DNA of 64,000 bases. Source: Eledone cirrhosa. Taxonomy: Eukaryota. Position 1 is the first letter of the stretch. Each line of letters begins with the position of its first letter. A program made the position numbers and the translations under genes. Shown in pieces: positions 10,851 through 22,017 of the stretch. The notes under the pieces were generated by a model. It was given only the letters and a program-made list of their open reading frames with translations. It was not told the DNA's origin and made no database searches. The stretch is from the NCBI GenBank assembly GCA_964016885.1, contig OZ024743.1, positions 346,456,001 to 346,520,000 of the forward strand. Reading direction: 5' to 3'.

Positions 10851-13800
10851 ATGGCCATAAGAGTAGGAAGTTTAAATGTTCGTGGCCTGGGGTCGCCCTG
10901 GAAGCAAGGTCACTTGCTCAACGATCTCAGGTCACTAGGAATGGATGTAATTGCCATCAGCGAGACCAGAATTTCCGACACACGCGCACTGGCGCCGATT
11001 TTCGACGATTATCAGATCTTTGCATCTGTTAGTCGGCCGGGAATGGGAGGTGGAGTGGCTGTGCTGTTTAGGAAATGTCTGGATCTCGAGGTAAGGTCAA
11101 TCTTCCGGGATCCTGACGGAAAGTTGGTGGTCCTGGACGTGAGCAATAGCGAAGGTGGTGCCTTTAGACTGGTGGCCGTCTACGCCCCTACTGGGGCCGG
11201 TCGGCCGGACTTCTTTAGGTGCCTGGAAAACTTTCTGCTTACGTCTCGCCCTTTACTGTTAATAGGGGATTGGAATGGCATCTTAGAAGCACGCTGGGAT
11301 TGTGTGGGAGTATCTGATAGGAGCGGGGGGTGCAAAAGCCTCAAGTACCTGATCAGCCAGTTTCAACTGTCTGACAGGTACCGACTAGATTTCCCTAATG
11401 CGCCAGTATGGACCTGGACCAATCGCATAGGGTCATCTAGATCGTACATAGATAGGATTTTCATTAGGAAAAGAGATAGAAATAGTGTAGGATGTCCACA
11501 TTTTAAAACGGTTGCCTATTCAGATCACAAGCTTGTGATCTGTATGGTCGACCTAGATAAGACACGTAGGTTAGGACCTAGCTAGTGGAAGCTAAACATG
11601 TCGTTTCCGGCACGTAAAGCTTACAGGGACCGGGTCAACAACTTAGTTAAGCAAAAGTTGACAGGGGGGGTTGTCAACAACAGGTGGTGGGGGGCTCTCA
11701 AAAGAGAGATTAGAGCAACCTCGATAGGATTTAGCAAAGAAGTAGCAATAGAGAAAAATAGAAAGGAGGAGGGGCTGATAGCTAAGTTAGACGAGGCTAT
11801 TTGTAGTGGCATTGCAACAGACGTGCTAGCGGCGAGAATGGCACTAGACCATTTCTTCAATGCGAAACACGAAGGTTGCATTGTCAGAGCTAAGGCGCGT
11901 GCTCTGAGGAACGAGGGAACCAAAGCTGCCCGATGGGCTCGCTTTGCAGAGACGCAGCGTGAAAAAAAAACCACAATTCGGTCTTTGACGGATCGAGATG
12001 GACACGAACTGAGCGATTCCAAGCAGATGTGTGAGGCCTTTCGCCAGCACTTCGCTCGATTGTTCGGGAGGATGGGTGAGTCGGAGATGGCGGCGGACTT
12101 CAGTCCCTACCTCGACGGCTTGCCACGCCTCTCGACGGCCGACGCTGAGCGCTGCGAAGAGCCGATAACATCAGTCGAAATTCAGGACGCCCTTGTCGGC
12201 TGCTCGAGTCGCAAGTCACCCGGTTTGGATGGTCTGCCCTACGAGCTTTACGTAAATATGCCAGACTTGTTCTCCGATCTCCTCGAAGCGCTCTACTGCA
12301 ACTGGCAGCAGAACGGGAGCATTCCCAGTTCTGTGAGCCGTGGCGTAGTGACGCTGATAAGGAAAGACGAGAACAAGAGGGACACACTAGATAATTTCAG
12401 GCCCATAACCCTGCTCAACACAGAGTTTAAGATTTGGGCCAAGGTGTTAGCGAAAAGGTTGGCGCTTGTCGTCAAAGATTTGGTTGGGGAGGCGCAAACT
12501 TGCGCAATCCCGACCAGGTCCATACACGACAACCTCCACCTCATGCGATACATCATAGAGAGGGTTGGGTGCAAACCTGGCTTCGGTGGGGCTCTGATCA
12601 ATTTAGATCAATCGAAAGCATTCGATAGGGTCGACCATCGGTACTTGGAGGCTGTCCTCGAGGCGGCTGGCTTCGGCCCCGTCTTCAGAAGCTGGATCGC
12701 TGCAACGTACAGCGGTATCTGATCGGTGGTCAAAGTTAATGGCCACCTCTCGGAACCGTTTCAGATCTCTCGATCGGTCCGTCAAGGGTGCCCTCTCTCC
12801 TCACTTCTGTACGTATTGACTCTTGAGCCTCTACTGCGGAAGCTGGAGTTGTTGCAGGGCATCCCGCTCGAACCGGGACGTAGAAAGGCTGCGTCCGCTT
12901 ATGCGGACGACATCACCGTGATGGTGTCGGACACCTCGGAAATCGAGGTGATCCGCACCCATTTGGAGGAATATGAAAGGTTGACGGGAGCAAAACTTAA
13001 CCCGGAAAAGTCGGTGGGCTTGCAGCTCGGCACCTGGAGAGGCAAGTCCATGCCGTCCAACAGCGTCGTTGGGCGCTGGACAGACGGACCGGTAAAGTTG
13101 CTCGGGGTTTGGTTCGGACCAGACCTCCAGGTGGATAAGAATTGGGACGAGGTGACGAGCAGGATAGCCAACCTCACCCAGAAATGGGCTGAGAGAAAGC
13201 TATCACTGAAAGGGCGGGCGGAGGTGGCGAACGCGTACATCGCGTCCGTCATCTACTACCGCCTGACCGTCGTACCTTGCCCCCGTCCACGCCTCGCCAA
13301 TTTGGAACGGCTCCTTTTCAAATTTTTGTGGAGAGGACGGGTCTCGTTGGTGAGGCGGTCCATCTGCTGCCAGCACCCTCTTCGTGGAGGGCTGGGCATG
13401 CCGTGGCTAATGATGCGCAGACATGCGCTGAGGCTGCGACATCTCCAGATATTTTGCCTAAACGGTGAACAGGTGTGGTCGCCGTTTGTTAGACGGGCCT
13501 TTCCGCAGCTCATCTCTTTGACTGAGCTGCAGTCCTGGGTCAAGAAGAGACCGAGACTGGGCGACTGGCATCTGGAATGTTGCCAGGCGCTCACTGCACT
13601 CTGCAAGGTGGGCAATGCGGTCAGTGGAACTTCCACTCAAGATTTCTATAGAGGATTAGTGGAGGGCAAGTACGATGACGTACTAGGAGAGGCTCTAGGC
13701 GTCAACGAAGTAGAACTGACCAGTATGTTCCGGAGGACTTTCCAGCCTGGGACGATGGATAACTTCCAGAAATCCCTCGCTTGGCAGTGCTACCGGGGGG

Positions 13801-14269
13801 CGCTGCCGGTTCGGGATAAACTCTACAGGCACGGAAGTGCTGTCAGACGAACCTGCCCGAGATGCGCGCAGAGCGACGAAACCGTTCTGCACGCACTCGT
13901 CCAGTGTCCGTGCATTGCTGACTTGTGGGGTTATGTCGAACAGCTATTGTCGCGTGTAGAACGGATCCGGCTATCGTCCGAGTCCATAGTGAAGATTGAC
14001 CCGCCGCCTTCTTTTGGTCAGGAAGGGCAGGCATTTTCCTCTGCCGGGTGGCAGTAGCGAAAGAGGTTGCATGGTGGACCAGGTTGAAAGGACTGAAGAC
14101 AGACACTTTTCTCTTCGGCCAATCCCTCATCAACTTCTTCAAGTTTCACTTGGAAAGGAATGTGAGGGTGGAGAGAGAAGTGCTGCCCCCCAGTACATTT
14201 ACTGAAAGGTGGGTGAATGTGGCGAGAATGGCCCGCGTGAGTGGGCCTACTCTGATCATGCGCCTGTAG
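10851..14269 (+). pseudogene. Tx1 copy 2 ORF2 (APE, RT, Cys-rich domain) with two in-frame stops and one late frameshift
   Basis: ORFs 10851, 11598 and 12726 share one frame (stops at 11583 and 12720), then a shift into 14048-14269. Motifs: GSLNVRGL, ISETR, VYAP, GDWN, SDH, FRPITLLN, LDQSKAFDRVDH, QGCPLS, YADD, CPRC..ETVLHALVQC. Confidence 0.95.
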
Positions 14270-14519
14270 GCTGGTGAATTCGAGAAGGAGAGGGGTGCCC
14301 TTCCCGGGTGCCCTAGGAGCGTCGGGTGGCTCAGGACTGGTGGGGTGCTTGAGCCAACCCTGGTTGGTGATCCCTCTTATTGGGGAACTTTCATTGTTGT
14401 ATTTTTATTGTTATTTTGTTTTTTGTTATTTATACTTACTCGATCTCTATGTAAACCCCCACTGTCCCTGTCTATTGTGTTGTCCCCTATATGTCGGCCC
14501 TTGTGGCTAATAAATGAAA

Positions 14520-14557
<38 letters not shown>

Positions 14558-14650
14558 GTTATACCCGCAGAAACCCATATTTGCACCGTCCTGTACCAAC
14601 GGGTGCTGTCCGTAACGAATTTCTTTTTGTAAACCAATTTGTGGTTAAAT
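14558..14650 (+). mobile_element. Short Tx1 3'UTR fragment (copy-1-like)
   Basis: gcagaaacccatatttgcaccgtcctgt...tgtaaaccaatttgtggttaa resembles 8588-8666. Confidence 0.6.
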
Positions 14651-14757
14651 CCCAGGTCGATAAATAAAGAATCAGTAACACTGTGGGACCGATGAATCGA
14701 TTCCCTACCCCTTCAAATTGCTGGCCTTATGCCTAAAGTGGAAACAATTATTATAAT
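14651..14757 (+). mobile_element. 3' half of a tRNA-derived SINE
   Basis: ggtcgataaataaag...aattgctggccttatgcctaaagtggaaacaattatt, same family as 18940-19080. Confidence 0.75.
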
Positions 14758-14759
14758 TG

Positions 14760-17700
14760 TTGGTTTTCGGACTGTAAAGACGTGTTTTTGTGAGCTCCTT
14801 ATGCTGCTTAATTTTCAAGATTTTACTTTGAATTAATTATTGTATTTTTTATGAGAAAGGGGTCATAAGCACCTGTTCTTTCCCTGTGTAAAGTTGACCC
14901 CATAAATTTGGGCCTTTGGACCCAAATATTTTAACATTATTTTCTTTTTTAAATTGTTTTCCTCGAAAATAAAAACATGCCCTTTCCTGTTAAGTCAGCT
15001 GTCAAATCACAGCGATTTAAACGTCAAGCTGAGTGATACTGCCCCTCCCACAACCATTGCAAACATCAGCATCACATTAGGCAGTATCGCCAACAGCAGC
15101 ACAAATGATAAAAAAAACGACAATAACAACACCAACAACAGAAACAACAATGATAACAACACCAACAACTGCAACAATGACAACACTAACAACAATATGA
15201 ACAACGACAACACTATTAGCAACAATGAAAAGCAGCACCAATAAGAACGACAATAACAACAGCAGCAACAATAACGTATATAGAAGTACTTTCGCAACCA
15301 TAGCAGCAAAGTGTCAAACGCAATACAATTTCGACTTAGAAAAAAATGAACATTTGGCCCAGGCGGAAACAAATTATAACTAGAGAAAACACCTGGACCA
15401 ACGTAAACGTCCAGGAAGATATTGATGCATTTCAGTGAAATCTGGAAAAGCCGAGACAGCCTCTGAAGAACAAGTAGCCGCTGCACTGAAATGCATCATT
15501 AATGACAGAAGATATAGCAAGGGCAAAACAATTTGGGAGCATCTTGATGCTCTTCAAAAGAGAGGACGCTGATATAAAGCATTCTGTCTTCCTCTGCAAA
15601 ACGGACCCAATAATCATGTACACTTCATACATGGGGTGGAGGGCAGTAAGGGACCGTGTTCCCAGGATTCCCCCTGGACTGGATTTATGGGGGCTTCTGG
15701 GAAGCGTAGCGGCAGAGGGGCTATGACACACTTCCCGGACTGGTTTGGAGATTCTTCTCCAAATCAGAACCGAAGACATAAAAAATATCCCCGACCACAT
15801 CAAATTTCAGACGTGTACGAAATCCATGTAGTCACGTTTCGTTTGTAGTGAAGCCTCAGACACATTTCGTTTGTAGTGAAGCCACACACCTGCGAGCCTT
15901 TTGCCTCCAGTTGAAAACTGCAGGCGCTACAAACCTCCGTTGCAGCCAAGAGCGGTGCTGGGACAAAAGACAACACCAACACCAGTGGCATCAACATTAA
16001 AAGAAACAGCACAACCAGCAACAACACCAAGAATGACCATTTAAACCACCAAGTGAGTTCCCAAACAAGCTCTCCTTCTCCACATACACAGAAAATCACT
16101 CACACACCTGCACACACACTCCCACTACCTCTGACACACAGTCCCCATACACCAATTCCTCCTCATTCCCAAGTGAACATGAGGGGGAACCCCCAAACCC
16201 GAAAAAGGAAAATAGAAAACGACAAGAAAAAAGAAAATCCATTTTCACACACACCAACAAGCACACAAAACACACCCACAGCAAACACAAACACTAACAC
16301 CACAACCGTCAACGGAAACACAAGCACCAACAACAAAACCGATACAACCGCAAATCTTGCCCAACAAAAGAAACCAAACGCAGACACCCACAACTACGGA
16401 AATATCCAGTTTTGGGTTACTAAGAAGACCAAAAAAAACAACAACAAAAAAAAACATTATGACCCTTGTAATACAAAGACAACGCATTGAGAAAGAGGGG
16501 GAGATATTGGGACCCTGCACTTCAATATACCCAAAACACCGCTATTGGTGCGATGCCAATAAAATGACCTACAACATCATTAGGGAGAGCTTCCCTGACG
16601 ATGTTAGAACCTCTAATGTGAAAGCCTCGAGTAGGCTTTTAAAGGGGTTCTCAAGGGAAACACCACCAACCATATAGGTTGAACCACACGATCTCTACAT
16701 GCAAACAGAGGTAAGTAAACCCCTTCCGGGTTACTGGAAGTTGAACATATCGTTTCCAGCCTGTATGGCTTACAGGGACAGGAGTTCGTAAACAACAGGT
16801 GGTAGGAGGCTCTCAAAAGAGAGATTGGAGTAATCTCGATATGTTTTCTTAAAGAAGTAGCGTTAGAGAAAAATAGAATGGTGGGTGAGCTGGTAGCTAA
16901 AGTAGAGAAGGCTATTTGTTGTGGCATTGTGACTGACGTGCTAGCCGCGACAATATCATTAGACCATTTCTTCAATGCGAAACACGAAGGTTGCATTGTT
17001 AGAGCTATAAAGCGTATTCTAAGAAACGAGGGAATCAAAGCTGTCCAATGGGCTCATATGGCAGAGGTGCAGCGTGGTGGGAAAACCACATTTCCATCTT
17101 TGGCGGACCGACGCGAACACGAACTGAATAATTCCATACAGATGTGTGAGGCCTTTCATCAGCACTTGCTTGGCTGTTCGGTGGTAGGAGGGTCAGAGAC
17201 GTTGGTGCATTTCAATCCCTATGTCGACGGCCTATCGCGTCTCTCGCCAGCTGATACTGAGCGCTTATGAAAGGCCGTTAACATCAGCCGAGATTCAGGA
17301 TGCCCTAATCGACTGCACTAGTAACCTGGGTAAGATAGGCTCCCCTACGATTTTCATGCCAGATATGTTCTCCGATATTTTCGAAGTGCTCTATTGCAAC
17401 TGAGAGCAGAACAGGTGTATTCTCAGTATTGTGAGCCGTGCGTAGTAACACTGATGAGGAAAGACGAGAACAAGTGGGGCGCTTTACACAATTTCAGCCC
17501 CATAAATCTACTATCACTGTGATTAAGATTTTGGACAAGGTATTAGTAAAGTTGTTGTCGCAATAATGCTCCATCCCGACCAAGTTCATACACGTTAACT
17601 TCCACCTCGTGCGATAGAATATAGGGAGTAAACCTGTAATGTTGTTAGGCGTTCACTGCCTTTTACCAGTCGGGAAATGCCGTTAGTGAAAATTACACTC

Positions 17701-18025
17701 TAGAGTCGTTCACAGGATTAGTAGCGTGCAAGTGCTCTTGCAAAGGCTCTCTTAGTCGACGAAATTGAACTGACTAGTCTGTTCCGGAGAACATTCAGGC
17801 CGGGAACTATGGATGACTTCCAGAAATCCCTCACTTAACAACGCTTCCGGGTTGCTTTGCTAGTTCGAGATACATTACAGGTCAATATTTTTGCTGATTT
17901 GGAGAGGAATGGTGTGCCTTCCTCGTGTGCTTTTGGAGTGTAGGCTGGTTCAGGATTGGTGGGGTTCCTGTGTCACCTCTGTATAGTCCTCATCCTATTG
18001 GTCAAATTTCATTGTTGTATTTCCT
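14760..18025 (+). mobile_element. Degenerate, internally deleted Tx1 LINE (copy 3)
   Basis: 5'UTR hairpin; ORF1 remnants (FGSILMLF, RVPRIPPGLDLW, IEKEGEI); ORF2 remnants (LDHFFNAKHEGCIVRA). The APE domain and ~1 kb of RT are missing. 3'UTR remnant at ~17900-18025. Confidence 0.85.
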
Positions 18026-18029
18026 CTAT

Positions 18030-18095
18030 ACACTGGGGTCGATTTCATCGACTTTCTCCTTCCCAAAAATTGTTGGCCTTGTCCCTAAATAAGAA
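18030..18095 (+). mobile_element. SINE 3' fragment
   Basis: cactggggtcgatttcatcgact...aattgttggccttgtccctaaataagaaa. Confidence 0.6.
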
Positions 18096-18939
18096 AGGAA
18101 GTCAGAGTGGTACTGATGATATCAGGTAAGTTGTCACAGCTGTATTAATGGATGTAGTTGTGGTTGTAGTGTCGGTAGTAATAAAGATGGTGATGTTAGT
18201 GAGAGTACTAAGTTAGTAATCGCAGCGGTAATAGATACAATAGTAGTGAAAATGATGACAGTAGCAACGATAGAGATGGTTTTAGTGGTGGTACAATTTT
18301 AGTGGCTATAGCGATAGTAGTGGAAGTGGTCACAATGGCAATCGTTGACATCGCAGTAATGGTTCAACCAGGCTAGTTGTCGCAATGGAAACTGTGGTAT
18401 CATTATCATTAGTGGTACATTTAATAATGCTAGTCGTATTTGCAATAGATTAGATGACGTCGTCCCATCAGTTGTGTTAGCTATCGTAGTGGTAGACATA
18501 ATCTTGGATGGCAATTTACACTTGGGTGGTAGATTTAATATTTATTGGGGGAGTAAATATTCGGTGGTAGAGCTAATTGTGAGGTAATAGATTTAATCTC
18601 TGCAAGTAGACCTAATCTTTTGTGGTAGACTTAATTTGTCTAATAGTTTAAATCAAAGATGGGAGAATAAATCATGAATTGAAGGAATTTTCTTGTGGTC
18701 AATATAATATTGAGTGAAAATTTAATCTTGGTCGGTAGAGATATACAGTCACTGGATTTAAGTTCTACAACTTTGTTTGCCTTTCGTGGGGCCCTGATTT
18801 TTGCAAGTACTCGGTATATATTGCCGGGTTTATTATACTTTCTTTTACTCTTACAATTTCGAAAGTTTGAAAGTAGTTATACAGAAAAAAGATACTCGAA
18901 CAAAAGTGATAACATTTGTTATATTAGTGTCATTATTTA

Positions 18940-19080
18940 TAGAGTTATACCCTTTATGGTCTGAGTTCAAATCCCGCCGAGGTTAACTTTACCTTTCATC
19001 CTTATGGGGTCGATAAAATAAAGTACTAGTAATGCACTGGGATAATTGCTGGCCTTGTGCCAAAAGTAGAAACAATTATT
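18940..19080 (+). mobile_element. tRNA-derived SINE (octopod OR-type-like)
   Basis: B-box gagttcaaatccc, conserved core ctttcatccttatggggtcgataaaataaagtac, tail gaaacaattatt; many copies in this window. Confidence 0.8.
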
Positions 19081-19912
19081 TTAAATGCGGTATTTGAAGT
19101 AAACATCATGATCAGGAAAGAACTGTCTGTACTGTTACTCTGGCTGTTGTAGATGTTTGTAATGGTAGTGGTGACGGTGCTGGTGGTGGTTGGGCTGCTG
19201 CTGATGATGCTGGTGCTGGTGCTGGTGTTGGTGGTATTGGTGATGGTGGTGCTTACGAGCGTGTTGGTGAATGTTCGTAGGAGTTGATATGATATTGATT
19301 ACGGTGGTTATACTAAATATTATGTTTGTGATATCTTTGGTGTTGTTGTTATTGCTGATGGTGCCACTGTTGAGAAAGGAGTATTGGTAATGGAGGTTGT
19401 AGTGGAGGTGATAGTGGTTTTGGGGGAGGATGGCAGAGAGTAGTAAATTTCAAGAAAATATAATATTCCGACAAAAATGTCTAATGACTAATTAATTTAG
19501 AAATGTTTAATTATTATCCTCTTTACGATTATGAGCTGGTCTGGTGTAATAAAACCACTTTGTCCAAAATGACCATTATAATTATAGAACATTTGACACC
19601 TTTACGATCTTCAGTCATTGGACAGCGCTCTAGCTGGGCAACGCATACAAGAGTAAAGTCAGTCGTATTGACACCAGTTCTTGTTTTATTTATTTTATTT
19701 TTTTCGGCGGTGGTGGTGGTGCTGGTGGGGGGGGGGGGTTATTCCAATCATCCATCAGTATTTGTCGAGCTGCTATGTAGCGGTACATGTATCTGCCTAT
19801 CTATGACTAGATGTTCAGCACTTGAAAACGCTGACACACCCACTCACAAACGCACATATAGACATGAACCCACGTATATAAATATATGTATATATACATA
19901 CATATATCTATA

Positions 19913-20026
<114 letters not shown>

Positions 20027-20054
20027 CTATATATATATATTTATGTATATATAA

Positions 20055-20104
<50 letters not shown>

Positions 20105-20874
20105 AAGCTGTACCGCATGTCATAAGACAAAATGTGCTCGAGTTGTCCATGTCGTACATAAATGGAGCTAAGAAATTCCAAGACTTAGGTTTTAAAATTA
20201 TTTGCATCGGAAAAGGCATCTATTGTCTATCTGGAATCCTACACCCCAAGACGCCCCCTACTATTTTTGTGTCACATATACACGTACAAATAAGGCACAC
20301 ATAACAGATGCCCATTCACGCACACAAAAATATTAACCACATCGTTAAGTTCTTTGTCTTCTTTTAGTTGTCAGGTTTTAAACATTTTCGAATTAGATTT
20401 TTTTTGTTATTTTAAGATGTTTAAGCCGTACAAAATTACATTACACATTAGCTAACACATGTACAATTTGTTAGTGTTGCACACTAGGTAACACACTTGC
20501 AATTGTATTCAAACCTGACTATAACACCTGCAATATGCGTGTGGGAAGAGACAGAATTTTCCCCAAATAGCCCAGAGACAATTAATTCCCTTGGATTTTA
20601 AGGACCAACTGTTTACGACATTCGATCTTTTCCTTGATGTAGCGAGCTCCTTTAAATTCCTTTAAGGTCTTTTTAAAATAACTTACAACCTCCACCATGA
20701 TTATTTTAATTTTCTAAATTAAAGGTTTTTCTTTAAATTTTGTCCTTGCGCCTTACAAAAGAAGGCCAGTTTTTGAACGGATCCTCCACTGACCAGTGGT
20801 GGCCGTAATTGGACGTCAAAATCTAAAGTCACGCATAAATATTCAGTGTATGAAATTGTAATATAAACTATATA

Positions 20875-20912
<38 letters not shown>

Positions 20913-20971
20913 TGTGTGTGTATATATATATAGTGTGTGCGTATATATATATTAATATATATATATACATA

Positions 20972-21071
<100 letters not shown>

Positions 21072-21375
21072 CAGTTTGGTTGGTTTTCGCTTCTGCATCA
21101 TTTATATCTCCATAGTTAATTCATTTGGCAATCAATGTTTATCATTGACTGACCAACGGTTAAAAAGCAGATATAAATATATATATATATATATAGTCTA
21201 ACAAGGTTCTTTCGTTGCACATGTGCAACATCATCAGTGGTACTATTATCATGATTTCCCCTATTTTGTTGTATTGTAGTGTTTAAAATATAAAAAAATA
21301 AAAATGGCGTAAACACTAAAATACAACACAATAGGGGGAAACATGATACATGAAGCGAAAACCAACCAAACAGTG
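21072..21375 (-). mobile_element. Penelope-like terminal-repeat remnant with a partial hammerhead and internal hairpin
   Basis: Minus strand ~21237-21208 reads CTGATGA-T-gttgcac-at-gtgcaac-GAAA. Inverted repeats at 21248-21284/21310-21349 and 21072-21092/21352-21372. Confidence 0.5.
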
Positions 21376-21495
21376 TGTTCAATTATTATTTCTGGTAATA
21401 TTATTACAACAATATGACCGTCCCGAAGTATAACAATATTTGTTTCGACACAGGATTTCATATCAAAAGCCTAGCAAAACAAATTCATCGCCGTC

Positions 21496-21530
<35 letters not shown>

Positions 21531-21534
<4 letters not shown>

Positions 21535-21807
21535 AAAAAGAGATGAAATCGAAAATGCAACTGGAGTCTTATTTTTTTAAAAAATATATATATTTATTTG
21601 GTTCCTTTACCGGTTTCGCAGTTCTTCTGCTTTTCAAAAGGTGAGTTGAGATGGAGGGTCTGAGAAAAACCACAGACCCTCCATCTCAACTCACCTTTTG
21701 AAAAGCAGAAGAACTGCGAAACCGGTAAAGGAACCAAATAAATATATATATTTTTTTAAAAGATAAGACTCCAGTTGCATTTTCGATTTCATCTCTTTTC
21801 CTTTATA
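21531..21807. repeat. Near-perfect inverted repeat (~130-bp arms, 10-nt loop) next to (TA)n; Penelope-like fold-back
   Basis: 21531-21662 is the reverse complement of 21673-21804 with ~2 mismatches. Confidence 0.92.
21694..21731 (+). ncRNA. Minimal type I hammerhead ribozyme, U3-A8 variant (mirror copy on the minus strand at ~21604-21641)
   Basis: cctt-TTGAAAA-gcag(aagaa)ctgc-GAAA-ccgg-TA-aagg: stem I cctt/aagg, stem II gcag/ctgc, palindromic stem III, GUA triplet. Confidence 0.75.
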
Positions 21808-21883
21808 CTTTCACTCGTGTAGGACACCTCGGTTATTTTTCATTTTGTAAAAAAAAAACAAAAAAAAAAAAACTCACTTTCTA

Positions 21884-22005
<122 letters not shown>

Positions 22006-22017
22006 ATATATATATTT

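Larger units (their letters stand above)
8710..14521 (+). mobile_element. Full-length, near-intact L1/Tx1-clade LINE (copy 2)
   Basis: 5'UTR, ORF1 from ATG 8921, ORF2 from ATG 10851, 3'UTR with AATAAA, then (ATT)12 at 14522-14557. Confidence 0.95.

Noticed and set aside
11583-12722. Programmed readthrough or selenocysteine at the ORF2 in-frame stops
   Set aside because: Copy 1 has sense codons (TAC, TGC) at both sites; these are ordinary nonsense mutations.
14274-14632. Stand-alone ORF3 or env-like membrane protein in the Tx1 3'UTR
   Set aside because: T-rich sequence gives hydrophobic open frames by chance, and the peptide is not conserved in a consistent frame in copy 1 or the 57-kb copies.
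18100-19450. (GGT/GAT/AGT)-rich stretch
   Set aside because: Decayed trinucleotide low-complexity DNA with no consistent frame.
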